64,000 nt of DNA, taken from the NCBI GenBank assembly GCA_964467455.1, contig CAYXQJ010000017.1, forward strand, positions 6,520 to 70,519. The letters run 5' to 3'. Every line of letters starts with the position of its first letter. Within the stretch, counting starts at the first letter, position 1. This DNA is from an uncultured Hyphomicrobiales bacterium. GTDB lineage: Bacteria; Bacteroidota; Ignavibacteria; Kapaibacteriales; Kapaibacteriaceae. The translations under genes and the position numbers were made by a program. Under the pieces are notes generated by a model, which saw only the letters and a list, made by a program, of their open reading frames with translations, was not told where the DNA came from and did no database searches. Below are positions 27,786 to 37,293 of the stretch, piece after piece.

Positions 27786-28282
27786 GCGCTATTCCAGTCC
27801 TTGAAAAATGGATCGTAGGCAACGAGGAACTTGTAGAGCGTCTTGCGGCGATCAGGATCGGTCCCGTCGCCAAACAAATCAGTGAACGTCGGGTGTGCGG
27901 ACTTCCATGCCACGAGGTTGTCGGCCCAGTCCTTGGTTTCAACGAGCTTTTCGGTGATCTCGTCGCCAACCCGCTCCGACACCTTGCGATGCGTTTCGAT
28001 GCCAACCGCAGCGGCCATCTTGAGGTGATCTTGCTCGAGCCAGGCAACGCGGCCGGCTAGGCCACCGTCGAGTCCGAATCGCTCGCCGTCGCTGAATCGC
28101 AACGGGATCTCGCGAATAGGCATAGCCCCGCCGCTTTCGTACATGTCCCGATTATGGAACACGCCAACGGTGAACTCGGCCATCTTCTCGCGGTGCTTGA
28201 TCCGCTCGTGGGTGACAGCGGCGTACGCCTCCGGGCTATTCGTGCCGGTGCGCTGATCGGTGTAGTTTTTTGTGAGGGCCAT
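27782..28282 (-). CDS. virion-module hypothetical protein (166 aa)
   Basis: ATG at 28282-28280 (MALTKNYTDQ) with AAGGA upstream. Confidence 0.6.
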   Translation of the reverse strand: MALTKNYTDQRTGTNSPEAYAAVTHERIKHREKMAEFTVGVFHNRDMYESGGAMPIREIPLRFSDGERFGLDGGLAGRVAWLEQDHLKMAAAVGIETHRKVSERVGDEITEKLVETKDWADNLVAWKSAHPTFTDLFGDGTDPDRRKTLYKFLVAYDPFFKDWNSA

Positions 28283-28292
28283 GGCGGTTCCT

Positions 28293-28532
28293 TTAAGTGA
28301 TAGTGATGTCCGCTGCCACGGCCGCGGTCGCGTTGGCACTCGCCAGACGGGCGGCCTGCGACGACTCGTGGCGTGCCACGGTTCGCTTGATGAACTCTTT
28401 CACCTGCCGCTCGGCGAACTGCCCTTGCGTCTCGCCTTCCAGTTTGTGATCGGCGTAGCTGTAGACCTCGGCAAACGCTTCCACGACCCGAGCGACCGCG
28501 GCGTTTGGGATGCTGTATTGAAAGTTGGCCAT
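28293..28532 (-). CDS. hypothetical protein (79 aa)
   Basis: ATG at 28532-28530, 2 nt after the fibre gene stop. Confidence 0.5.
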   Translation of the reverse strand: MANFQYSIPNAAVARVVEAFAEVYSYADHKLEGETQGQFAERQVKEFIKRTVARHESSQAARLASANATAAVAADITIT

Positions 28533-28534
28533 CG

Positions 28535-30790
28535 TTATGCCGCTCCTAACGTGGTGATTGTTCCACCGCTGCCACGATACTTGAGAGCGCCACTTTCCAC
28601 GTAGAGGAACCCACCGCCACTCGGGTTGCCTGTAGGTACAGTCGTTGCATCGCCAATGAAAATTCCTCGATCCATCGACTGCCAGTTGGGGGCGCTTCCT
28701 GTCACCATGGCAATGTTCTCGGTGGCCGCTGAGGCGTCGAGGAACAGCATGTAGGGAAGCGAGTCGCCCTCAAATCGTGTATCGCTATCCCGGCCATCTT
28801 CGTTGACAACCAAACCGGCGTCTTGGATCACGAATCGAGCGGTGGACGTTACGCCTGCCACGACATACTTCCAGTTCGATCCATCGAACTCTCTGTAGAT
28901 GTCCTGGTCGGCCCCCTGATAGAGCTTGCACACGTCACCGCCCATCTTCCAGTCGCCGTCGTCGCTCCAAACCTGGACGCTGGTGGCCCCGACTGTCTGC
29001 TGCGGCAGGTAGATACTGCATGCAAAATCAACCGTGCCGCCGCCGCCCGTGTTTGCGAAAGGTTCCAGGTAAAGGTGGTACAGTTCTGGGACGGAACTGG
29101 CTGGCCCCCGCACGTCTCCTTGACCAAAGAAGTTAGCGGCAACACCAACCAGACCAGAACTTCCTAGTCGCACATCGAGTGCTGCGGCGTAGGTAGTAAC
29201 CGCATTAAGAACCACGTCTTCGGATGTCGGCGTTGAGATCTTGCCCTGCAATGCCGAGAAAATACCGAGCCCGCCGCCCGCTCGTGGCCGAACTTCAAAC
29301 TCAAGGCCAGATTCAAAATTACTGACCGACCCCACCGCCACAATGTCCTCTTTGGCATGGATCATTGCCGTGCCAGTCGTGCCACCGATGACTCCACCCG
29401 AGCCGAAGGCGCTACGGAATTTCGAGTAGAAGCCAGAGCGAGCCACGGTGAGTGATGGCGTTGGTCCACTGTCCCATACAACCGAACCGCCGTAGATCGT
29501 GAAGGTCTGTCCTGCGCCCGTCGTGCCACGCCACACATTCTCAAAGGTGCCTGTCGTCGCGGACGTGATCGTGGCAATTTTTAGCCGCTGGCCCGTCCGC
29601 TGGGCGCTGGTAACGATCTCGTGCCCCACCATGTCGGCCGTGAACGTTGTGCCGCTGCCGGTAAAGTTCACCGAGTTGTTTGTGCAGCTGATCGTGCCGG
29701 TCGTGTAGTCGCCAGTTGAACTATACAAGTTGGTGTCGCTTGCTGTACCGGCACCGGCGGAGATGCCCACGTTCAGGCCGTTCCGCACGTCCATGCCCAC
29801 AGCCGGCGACGTAGTGCCCTGCCCGAAGCGATCGTTCACTTGGTCATAGGCGGAGAGCGTACCGAGGATGATCTTGCCTTTAGTGCCGTGTGACGTGCTG
29901 AGGAGCGTGAGGTTATTGCCGCTGGCTGTTCCACCCGTGAGCGACTGACCGCCGCTGCGGCCGGCCAGTAGGGCATAGTGAGTATGAACGTCGCCCGTGG
30001 TGAGGTTGGCAAGCGAGTTGTGATCCACACCAGCAGGTGCCACAGAGAGCGTGCTGCCGCTGATCGTGAGCGATGAATCCGTGGCCAAGAAGGCAAACTC
30101 GCCTGTCGGTGAATCATCCCAGAAGACGATTCTGTCGGCGTTCGGATCGGACAGGCTGGTGTTGGCCAGGTCGTCCATTGTGGCCGAGCCAGAGACGACA
30201 CCCGTTGCCGCCTTGAGCACACCACTCAATCCAGTGATCGTAAGTCCTGCGAATGTCGGCGACGAGCCCGTACCAATGTTTTGCGGCGTGCTGAGGGTGA
30301 TCGATCCGTCGCCGTCATCGGATACGCTGACTTGGTTCGACGTGCCGGCTACCCAGCTTGCAAGATTAGATACGCTCGCCAGGTTCTTGCTGCCGTCGGT
30401 AGCCATCAGCCGGCTGGCAGTGAGTCCAGACAGATTCAGCCCAGTGAATGTTGGACTGTCTGCTGTACGGATTCCCTGGATCGTGTTGAGCGTGGTGGTG
30501 GAGATCGAGAGGCTGGTGCCGAGCGACAGGAAGGCGAATTCGCCCGTGGGGGAATCATCCCAGAAGACAATGCGATCCGCGTTGGGATCCGAGAGACTGG
30601 TATTGGCAAGATCGTCAAGTGTGAAGGACGAGAGCGAGACGTTGAGGTTGTTGCCGCTGATGGAGATGCCGGTGTTCGGCGTCAGATAGTCGAAGGCATT
30701 GTCGGACTCGTCCCAGAACACGATGCGATCCGCCCCAGGGTCGGCGAGACCGGGTTCGAGATCGACAAGTGTGGGGAATCCGTGGAGCAT
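28535..30790 (-). CDS. tail fibre protein with a triplicated N-terminal module (751 aa)
   Basis: Three copies of the ADRIVFWD(D/E)S...F(A/D)(F/Y)L module. The G/S/T-rich beta-type sequence is typical of fibres. Confidence 0.7.
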   Translation of the reverse strand: MLHGFPTLVDLEPGLADPGADRIVFWDESDNAFDYLTPNTGISISGNNLNVSLSSFTLDDLANTSLSDPNADRIVFWDDSPTGEFAFLSLGTSLSISTTTLNTIQGIRTADSPTFTGLNLSGLTASRLMATDGSKNLASVSNLASWVAGTSNQVSVSDDGDGSITLSTPQNIGTGSSPTFAGLTITGLSGVLKAATGVVSGSATMDDLANTSLSDPNADRIVFWDDSPTGEFAFLATDSSLTISGSTLSVAPAGVDHNSLANLTTGDVHTHYALLAGRSGGQSLTGGTASGNNLTLLSTSHGTKGKIILGTLSAYDQVNDRFGQGTTSPAVGMDVRNGLNVGISAGAGTASDTNLYSSTGDYTTGTISCTNNSVNFTGSGTTFTADMVGHEIVTSAQRTGQRLKIATITSATTGTFENVWRGTTGAGQTFTIYGGSVVWDSGPTPSLTVARSGFYSKFRSAFGSGGVIGGTTGTAMIHAKEDIVAVGSVSNFESGLEFEVRPRAGGGLGIFSALQGKISTPTSEDVVLNAVTTYAAALDVRLGSSGLVGVAANFFGQGDVRGPASSVPELYHLYLEPFANTGGGGTVDFACSIYLPQQTVGATSVQVWSDDGDWKMGGDVCKLYQGADQDIYREFDGSNWKYVVAGVTSTARFVIQDAGLVVNEDGRDSDTRFEGDSLPYMLFLDASAATENIAMVTGSAPNWQSMDRGIFIGDATTVPTGNPSGGGFLYVESGALKYRGSGGTITTLGAA

Positions 30791-31099
30791 TTATCGCTGT
30801 GAAAGAAACATGGCTTCTGATGAGATGCAATCAAATGGTCCGTACTTTCGCAGTGACGGATGTATCACGCCAACCTGCCAGGCGTTTATTTTCGGATCGA
30901 AACCCATGTAGTAAACCGAGCAGCCCGCCAAGTCTGGGCGGGCCAGCACGACAAGTTGCCCAAGAGTGAAGGCAAGCCCTTCGGTTTCCTTGTCATTGAT
31001 TTGTGACAGATCAATGCCACGAACGGCGAGTTCGCGCTGGCTGATACTGAACAGCCCCATGCCCACGTCAAAGTTGTAGCTAGCTCTCACCCAAGTCAT
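30791..31099 (-). CDS. hypothetical protein (102 aa)
   Basis: ATG with AGGAG upstream. TAAATG junction with the fibre gene. Confidence 0.55.
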   Translation of the reverse strand: MTWVRASYNFDVGMGLFSISQRELAVRGIDLSQINDKETEGLAFTLGQLVVLARPDLAGCSVYYMGFDPKINAWQVGVIHPSLRKYGPFDCISSEAMFLSQR

Positions 31100-31108
31100 G
31101 TCGCACTC

Positions 31109-31630
31109 CTATGCTGCTCTACCGTGATCTTCGACAATCTCCGCCCGCACTTCTTCCACGTCCCGCCTCAGTAAGTCCGGGTCTTTCTCAACCCGCTCGA
31201 CGTAAATCTCGTCTACAATGTCATCGGCCAGTCGCGGCATCTCAGGCGGGCCCTCGAGCATGTCCACGGCCTTGTGATTCACCACGCCTTCGCAATGCCA
31301 GTTGCGCCGCTCCATGAGCTTCTGCAGGTCGTGACGATCAGCCAGCCACGCCTCCGGGTCGCCGGGGTAACGGGCCGCGCCGTCGAAGTACACTTTGCCA
31401 ACCGTGCTCACCCCAGCGGCCGCGGCTTCGCGTCGGCACATATCGCCGAAGTCGGATCGGTTTGCAAACTGGTTTCCGTTGCAATGCCCTTCGAGGAACA
31501 CCACGTCCGTCATCATGCCGGGGAACTGACGACTGATGAGCATGTCGAGGAATTTTTCGCGATGAGCGTCCGTTGATTCCTCAAGGACGACATGCCCGCG
31601 ATCGGTAATTTTGCTGATGATTCGTCGCAT
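31109..31630 (-). CDS. hypothetical protein (173 aa)
   Basis: TAATG overlap with the portal stop. Confidence 0.6.
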   Translation of the reverse strand: MRRIISKITDRGHVVLEESTDAHREKFLDMLISRQFPGMMTDVVFLEGHCNGNQFANRSDFGDMCRREAAAAGVSTVGKVYFDGAARYPGDPEAWLADRHDLQKLMERRNWHCEGVVNHKAVDMLEGPPEMPRLADDIVDEIYVERVEKDPDLLRRDVEEVRAEIVEDHGRAA

Positions 31631-34089
31631 TACTTCTTGTCCTTCTTGCCGCCGCCGGAGTTACTGGCGCCACCGCCGGCTGGGCGCTGTTTGGCCGCTG
31701 CCTTGGCCTTCGCATCACCAATTTTCTTGTTCGTGTCGATCTGCACCTTGGCTGACTCTTTCGCCGTGGCAAGCTGCTGCTGCGATTCGGCCGATCGCTG
31801 CACCATCTCCTGTTGATGCACCTGCTGATCCTGGGCCATTTCTTGCTGGTGCTTCGCAACATCGAATCCGAGTCGCACCCCTTCGGCTTGCATCTCCATC
31901 TCGAGTCGCTGTTGCTCGGCCTGCATCTCCATGGCAAGCCGCTGCTGCTCGATCTGGGCATCCATCGCCGCTTCGCCCTGGCGAATGTTCGCGTCCAGCA
32001 CAGCCTCTTGCATGCGCAACTGCCCCTCACCGCCGGCAGACTGCGCCTCGGCCGCCACCTTCTGGGCCTCGGCCTGAGTCTTCATCACGTCGGCCTCGAG
32101 CTGCGCCGTTTGCGCCTCTTGCTGACGCTGCTGCATCGCCTGTTGTTCGGGTGTCGGCGGCGGTGGCTCAATGGCAAACTGCTCGGGCGGCAGGTCGTAG
32201 GCCTTGGCCCAGAACTGCGAGAGGTTCGAAAGGGGCTGCCAGTTGCCCGTCGATCCAGCAACATTGAGGAAGACAGGCCCCCACACTCGAGCCGCCTCCT
32301 GGGCGTTCGCCATGTCGCGATCTTTGTTCGGCTTCCGGATCGAACCGGCTTCGATGCGATAATCAAACTCGTGGACGATTTGGTAAATGTCCGTTGAGCG
32401 AACGTACTGATCCCACAGCGGGGCGGCAAAAGGCCCGACTACCGGCGAGACGTCCGTGCTCCGCATGTGGTAGCGGGCGCAGATCGCTTCCTTGCGGCTG
32501 ATCGAAGTGGCTGATTCCTCGACGCGCGTCGCCATGTCCTGCGGGCGCATCTGGATTTGCTCGCCCTTGATTTGGGCTTCGGCCGACGAGCGGAATTGAT
32601 GCTTTGACGAACCGTACATCAGTTCGTTCGTGCCGAGTCGCATTTCGACGTTGCGTTCCATGTAGGAAATCACGTCGCCGAGCGAACCGTTGAACTCGGG
32701 GTGCTGGAGGAATTGCACCACGTCGTTGATCGTTTTGTGGACGGTGCCCTTGATGCGGATGATCGACAAGTCGTTGCCGCCCGCAATCTGATCCACGATC
32801 TCGTCTTCCGCCTCCTTCAAGATGGCGATGAAGTCGCGGCTGGTGTTCTTGATCTTGTCGGCCATGAACGAGCAGGCCCAGTTCAAGAACATCAGTTCGC
32901 CCATCGCCGGCTTGAGATGGCTCATGGGCCACAGATTGCGCGGGCGCCAGTGGAAGGCGATCAGCGTGAAGGGCCATGGGTCGGCCGGATCCGCCCAGAA
33001 CGGCGTCGGCCATTGCAGGCGATAGAACCAGTCGTCAGGTGATTCGGTGGCGAGCGCTTCGGGCGGTAGGTTCAGCGGGTACGGCACGTCCTCGGCAATG
33101 ACGAGATACACATTGTCGCCGAACCGCTCGAAGAACTTCACCGTCTCGTCCGTCTCGCTCACTTGGCCGCGCAGCAGGTTCCGCAGCCGGCCCCCTGCCC
33201 CCATGCGAGAGAAGACTTCCCAGTAGGTGATTAAGTCGTTCGAATCGCCGCGAGCCCGCCAGTAATCCGAGTCGGAGAGCGCGTTCATGCTCCCCTGCAT
33301 CGTGGCAGATTCCATCCGCCCGCGCAGGCTGCCCTCTTTCAAGCCGAACTTCCGCTCGACTTCATACCGTGGTTTCACGTGCCGGATGGCTGCCCACTTG
33401 CCCTCCTTGTACCGCCGCACATCGCAGTCGAGCAGTAGATCAAACGACGAGATATGCCGCGTGCGACACATCAGGTAGGGGCTGCCGTGCGGCTTGTACG
33501 GTTCGGTGAGCAGCACCCCCAGGCCGGTAATGAGCGCTTCGTCGATCGTGTCGCGGAATTCCTGATTGAGCAGCAGTTCGTTCGGCGTGTAGTTCAGGTA
33601 CTCGCCGATCAGCAGGCCCGTCACGTCGCGCTTGGTGCGCATTTCGGAGATAGCCTGCTGCCGCTGCTGGAATGCCTGCTGCTGCATCATGTACTGCAGC
33701 ATGGCTTCCGGGTTCTGCTGTTGCTCGGGCGGCGGGGGCTGTGGTGGCGTGCCCCCCATCGGATCGTGAATCGGCCGCGGCGTGATTTGCCGGTACGGAT
33801 TCTGGTGGTAGAGGTACGGCCCAAAGAGCTGCACCACTTCCGCCGCCTTGTTGACCGTCATGCGGAACGACGGTTGCGGCAGATCCTCCTTCGAGCCCCA
33901 CATCAAGGCCCGCCCCTTCGACATGAAATCGGTGCCGTACATGAAGTCGTGCGGCCCGTCGAAGAATTTCAGGCAGTCTTCGGCGTCTTCCGTCCACTGC
34001 GCGCGCTTGATCTTGTCGGCGGCCTTCAAGACCTCGATCCACTCGTGGACCATCGGCGAGAGCGGTGTTTCGGAGTTGTAGTCAGCCAT
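31630..34089 (-). CDS. portal protein (819 aa)
   Basis: Size and position downstream of the terminase. The C-terminal Q/E/M-rich coiled coil and basic tail are consistent with podovirus-type connectors. Not verified by search. Confidence 0.7.
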   Translation of the reverse strand: MADYNSETPLSPMVHEWIEVLKAADKIKRAQWTEDAEDCLKFFDGPHDFMYGTDFMSKGRALMWGSKEDLPQPSFRMTVNKAAEVVQLFGPYLYHQNPYRQITPRPIHDPMGGTPPQPPPPEQQQNPEAMLQYMMQQQAFQQRQQAISEMRTKRDVTGLLIGEYLNYTPNELLLNQEFRDTIDEALITGLGVLLTEPYKPHGSPYLMCRTRHISSFDLLLDCDVRRYKEGKWAAIRHVKPRYEVERKFGLKEGSLRGRMESATMQGSMNALSDSDYWRARGDSNDLITYWEVFSRMGAGGRLRNLLRGQVSETDETVKFFERFGDNVYLVIAEDVPYPLNLPPEALATESPDDWFYRLQWPTPFWADPADPWPFTLIAFHWRPRNLWPMSHLKPAMGELMFLNWACSFMADKIKNTSRDFIAILKEAEDEIVDQIAGGNDLSIIRIKGTVHKTINDVVQFLQHPEFNGSLGDVISYMERNVEMRLGTNELMYGSSKHQFRSSAEAQIKGEQIQMRPQDMATRVEESATSISRKEAICARYHMRSTDVSPVVGPFAAPLWDQYVRSTDIYQIVHEFDYRIEAGSIRKPNKDRDMANAQEAARVWGPVFLNVAGSTGNWQPLSNLSQFWAKAYDLPPEQFAIEPPPPTPEQQAMQQRQQEAQTAQLEADVMKTQAEAQKVAAEAQSAGGEGQLRMQEAVLDANIRQGEAAMDAQIEQQRLAMEMQAEQQRLEMEMQAEGVRLGFDVAKHQQEMAQDQQVHQQEMVQRSAESQQQLATAKESAKVQIDTNKKIGDAKAKAAAKQRPAGGGASNSGGGKKDKK

Positions 34090-34140
34090 CGTGGACTGCC
34101 GGCGGTTGATTTTTGTGGTGTTTTTGTAGCTACAACGTCA

Positions 34141-34503
34141 CTACGACTGCTTGTTCGATTTCTTGTCGGAGAGCAGTGAGGCCATCTGCTCCTCGAGCTT
34201 CTTCACCCGCAGCACGAGCGGCGAGTAATTCCACACGCCGTTGTCGCCACGTAAGGATTGCTCGACGGCCGACGAGGGCGCCTTCGCCCACACGACGCCG
34301 GTGAGCAGCGTGCCGGCCGACGAAGTGGCGTCGAAGTAGATCAAGTCCACCGTGCGGCGGCCGACGGCAGTAATGAAGGCATTCGAACCAGGGGCTTCGG
34401 GCGTGGCGCTCCAAATCACGGAATCGCCCACGGCCACGTCTTCGGGCGTGAGGAAAGGCTTCTCGGCGTTTTCGGCGGGCGCAGTTGCGGTGGACATGGG
34501 CAT
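34141..34503 (-). CDS. hypothetical protein (120 aa)
   Basis: ATG at 34503-34501. Lies between TerL and the portal. Confidence 0.55.
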   Translation of the reverse strand: MPMSTATAPAENAEKPFLTPEDVAVGDSVIWSATPEAPGSNAFITAVGRRTVDLIYFDATSSAGTLLTGVVWAKAPSSAVEQSLRGDNGVWNYSPLVLRVKKLEEQMASLLSDKKSNKQS

Positions 34504-34506
34504 CCT

Positions 34507-35001
34507 TTAGGCAGGGGTGGCGGAGTTGGGGGTATCAACAATGAGTCGCTTGGCGACCCAATCCTTCCAGTTCGATTCGAGCTCGGCGATCTCCTCGCCG
34601 CCAATGGGGTCGTCGCCAGGGTCGTCGTCGCCGCTGCCCTTTTCGACGTAGCCGATATTAACCATATGACGAACAGCCGCTTCCCACGCGAGCCGGACGG
34701 GCTGGCTTTCGCGCAGCCACCGATCTTCGCCGTGGAACATGCGATGCGCCTCTTTCGTCAGCGTCTCCCAGCGAATTCCGTCCTGCTTGGCAATGAGCAC
34801 CTGGGCCACGACGCCCGCGGCGAAGATCCATCGCTCCTTCTTGTCTGTCTTGAGCGATGCCCACGGTTCCGGGCGATCCTGGCACACGATGCCGAGAAAA
34901 ACCTTTCGCGCCGACTGAGCCATCTCCTCGACAGTGATTCCACTTGCCAGTCGAAAATCCGGCGTGAGATCGATTTCGTCTTCATCGTTGGCCCTGAACA
35001 T
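34507..35001 (-). CDS. hypothetical protein (164 aa)
   Basis: ATG at 35001-34999, 2 nt after the TerL stop. Confidence 0.55.
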   Translation of the reverse strand: MFRANDEDEIDLTPDFRLASGITVEEMAQSARKVFLGIVCQDRPEPWASLKTDKKERWIFAAGVVAQVLIAKQDGIRWETLTKEAHRMFHGEDRWLRESQPVRLAWEAAVRHMVNIGYVEKGSGDDDPGDDPIGGEEIAELESNWKDWVAKRLIVDTPNSATPA

Positions 35002-35003
35002 GG

Positions 35004-36863
35004 CTATCGCACTCCTGCCAGGCTACTGCCGCTGCGGTTCTGCGGGCCGAGGCCGACGTAACTGCGGCCGTTCATGCCGCGATGCTTCTCGCGTTTCTCG
35101 CGGAGCGCACGAAGCGCCCACGTTTCAGTCGCTTCGGGTCGCGGCTGCTCGTGGTATTCGGGCTTGTCGAGCGCGAGGTATCGCATGTTGTCGAGCAAGT
35201 GATCGTTCCGCTTCACCGGCTTGTCGGTGACGAAATCCTTCTCGCGCTTGTAGGAGTATTTGCGGAACTCGTCCTCGAGTGCCGGGCACTTCTCGCGCAT
35301 CACACGCAGTCGCGGCACACCACGCTCGTTGATGCGGAGCAGGTGCCGCACGGCCTCGATGCCAGCATTCACGTCGTCTTGCCCCCACTGGTAGCCGTGG
35401 CCGGTGAGTGTGCTGCGGATGCCCCGCTTTTTCAGCGCCTCGCCATACTGATATTCGACGGTGAGGCCGGTACCCATCTCGGCAACCTTGCCCATATGGC
35501 CGTCGATCAGGAACTTGTAGAACTGCATGCCGTCGGCTTTGCGAAGTACGTTGTCGCCGTACTTGTTCGCGTCGCAGTTTCGCAGGTAGAGTTCGTCGTA
35601 AATGAAGATTTCGCCGAGTTTGGCGTAGTCGTCGTCTTCCGGTGGCAAGGCAGCGAACAGCACAGCGCACACCTGCCGGCCGGGATCGGTAATCATGTAT
35701 CGCGTCCAGTTGCGCGGAACCTCGAACCAGTCGATCCCGTGGATCCGCATGTCGAATTCCGGGTAGACGCGGAAGCCGAGGATCGCCGGCTTGCCGTGAA
35801 CACGGACTTCGCGCTCTTCTTCCGAGAGCTTGTCAGCGAAGATCTTCTTCTGCTCGTCGCTGATGTACGGGTTGTCAGCCAGCAGGAAGTCGAACCGCTG
35901 GATGCGCGGATTCTCGACACCCGACTCGAGCAGTTCATCGGCGTCGGCCAGCAAGTCGTAGAACTCTTGCGTGCCGATCTGGGGAGTAGCAGACCAGAGC
36001 AGGCGGCCCTCGCGATCGAGGAGGCGGGCCGACATTTCGGGATACCACTCGTTGTTGATGATTTCTTCGTCGAACAAGACGAGATCGACATCGACACCGT
36101 TCGGCGGAATGCCTTCGCTCGTGTTGAAGACAATCTCCCAGCCGTTCTTCAACGTCACCTTCGAGGGCGATCCCTCCTTCTTGTTATTCCAGGCAATCCC
36201 CTTCCACCCACCCTGAATAAACCGTGCAGGAATAAGTGGCGGTGCTGGCTTTCGTTCATTCTTGCGATGCGAGTCCGTCCACGGGCGGTAGGTGCGCCAC
36301 ATGCCGGTCGTTTCATCACGGATGATCCAGAACGCCCCGGCCTTGAACAACTTGCGGAAGGCAACTTCGGCCACCTCCTTGCCCGTCTTGCCGATGACGA
36401 AGCAGCGGCCGTTCTCTTTCGGGTATTTGTCGAACGGATCCTGCCCGGTGACGGCTCGAGCCACTTCGACGCAGGTGGTAAGCGTCTTGGCCGATCGATT
36501 CGAACCGACGGCCAGGCACTCCGGTGCCCGCGAGGCGTGAAACTCGGCGGCCCGCGGCAGCGGTTCATAAAGCTTGAGCGATTCGATCGCCCGTTTCGCC
36601 AGTTCGCGTGCGGCCTTCACGAATCGCCGCAGTTGGTAGGCAGATGGCGGTGGCTTGGGAATGGAACCGGGCAGTGCGGCGGGGATCGCTGACTGCACCA
36701 ATGCGGCAGCCTGGCTGTCGGCAGACGGAACCTGCTCGCGAGGGGGAGGCAGAACGTGCTCCTTCGGCGGCTGATTCGGCGGCACGGCCTGAGCGGCGGC
36801 GCGTAGATTCTGCGCCGGCGTTCGCCGTTTGCCGAAGTTCAGGCTGCCGTCGAATGGTGGCAC
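35004..36863 (-). CDS. terL: terminase large subunit
   Basis: Walker A-like GSNRSAKT, Walker B VDLVLFDEE, and an RNase H-like nuclease half (MITDPGRQVCAVLFAA). GTG start sharing one nt with the TerS stop (TAGTG). Confidence 0.85.
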   Translation of the reverse strand: MPPFDGSLNFGKRRTPAQNLRAAAQAVPPNQPPKEHVLPPPREQVPSADSQAAALVQSAIPAALPGSIPKPPPSAYQLRRFVKAARELAKRAIESLKLYEPLPRAAEFHASRAPECLAVGSNRSAKTLTTCVEVARAVTGQDPFDKYPKENGRCFVIGKTGKEVAEVAFRKLFKAGAFWIIRDETTGMWRTYRPWTDSHRKNERKPAPPLIPARFIQGGWKGIAWNNKKEGSPSKVTLKNGWEIVFNTSEGIPPNGVDVDLVLFDEEIINNEWYPEMSARLLDREGRLLWSATPQIGTQEFYDLLADADELLESGVENPRIQRFDFLLADNPYISDEQKKIFADKLSEEEREVRVHGKPAILGFRVYPEFDMRIHGIDWFEVPRNWTRYMITDPGRQVCAVLFAALPPEDDDYAKLGEIFIYDELYLRNCDANKYGDNVLRKADGMQFYKFLIDGHMGKVAEMGTGLTVEYQYGEALKKRGIRSTLTGHGYQWGQDDVNAGIEAVRHLLRINERGVPRLRVMREKCPALEDEFRKYSYKREKDFVTDKPVKRNDHLLDNMRYLALDKPEYHEQPRPEATETWALRALREKREKHRGMNGRSYVGLGPQNRSGSSLAGVR

Positions 36864-37291
36864 TATTCGCCCTCGTCGTCTTCGTCCTCGTTACCGATCC
36901 CGATGTGCTCGAGCACAGCCATCAAGTCTTCGTTGCTCATTTCGTCCATCGCCCCGTGCTCGCCCGTCATGTCGCCGTAGATACCCATCATCTCGGCGAG
37001 CTGGGAAAGCATCCTCGATCGCTGATGGCTACCGGGCTTCGTCGCGCGGAACTCGGCCACCCACTCCCTCGCGCACGATTGCGGCCCGCCCATCTCTATG
37101 ACTACAGACTCGATGAACTCGGCCAGTCGCGGTGCCGTCGAGTTCTGAGTGGCAGCCAGCACGCGACTCAACCTGTCGGAATTGCGATTCTTGGCGATGC
37201 GCTGCCTGCGGGCCTCGCCAGCGGTGGTGCGCAACCCAGCCTGCGGATCTCCGATCCCTAGCGCGCCCGAGTTTTGGGTGGCATCACTCAT
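36863..37291 (-). CDS. terS: putative terminase small subunit (142 aa)
   Basis: Called by position immediately upstream of terL, which it overlaps. ATG at 37291-37289 (MSDATQNSG). Acidic C-terminus. Confidence 0.45.
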   Translation of the reverse strand: MSDATQNSGALGIGDPQAGLRTTAGEARRQRIAKNRNSDRLSRVLAATQNSTAPRLAEFIESVVIEMGGPQSCAREWVAEFRATKPGSHQRSRMLSQLAEMMGIYGDMTGEHGAMDEMSNEDLMAVLEHIGIGNEDEDDEGE

Positions 37292-37293
37292 GG

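Noticed and set aside
28535-30790. Diversity-generating retroelement acting on the fibre repeats
   Set aside because: No reverse transcriptase in the window. Differences between the copies are synonymous and not adenine-specific.
35082-36692. 536-aa plus-strand ORF opposite terL. Similar long antisense ORFs are 40233..41444, 20864..22009, 39041..40033, 23192..24055 and 53920..54645.
   Set aside because: These are shadow ORFs typical of GC-rich DNA. They have Arg/Ala/Gly/His-rich nonsense composition, they lie antisense to genes with clear motifs or operon logic, and they lack SD sequences.
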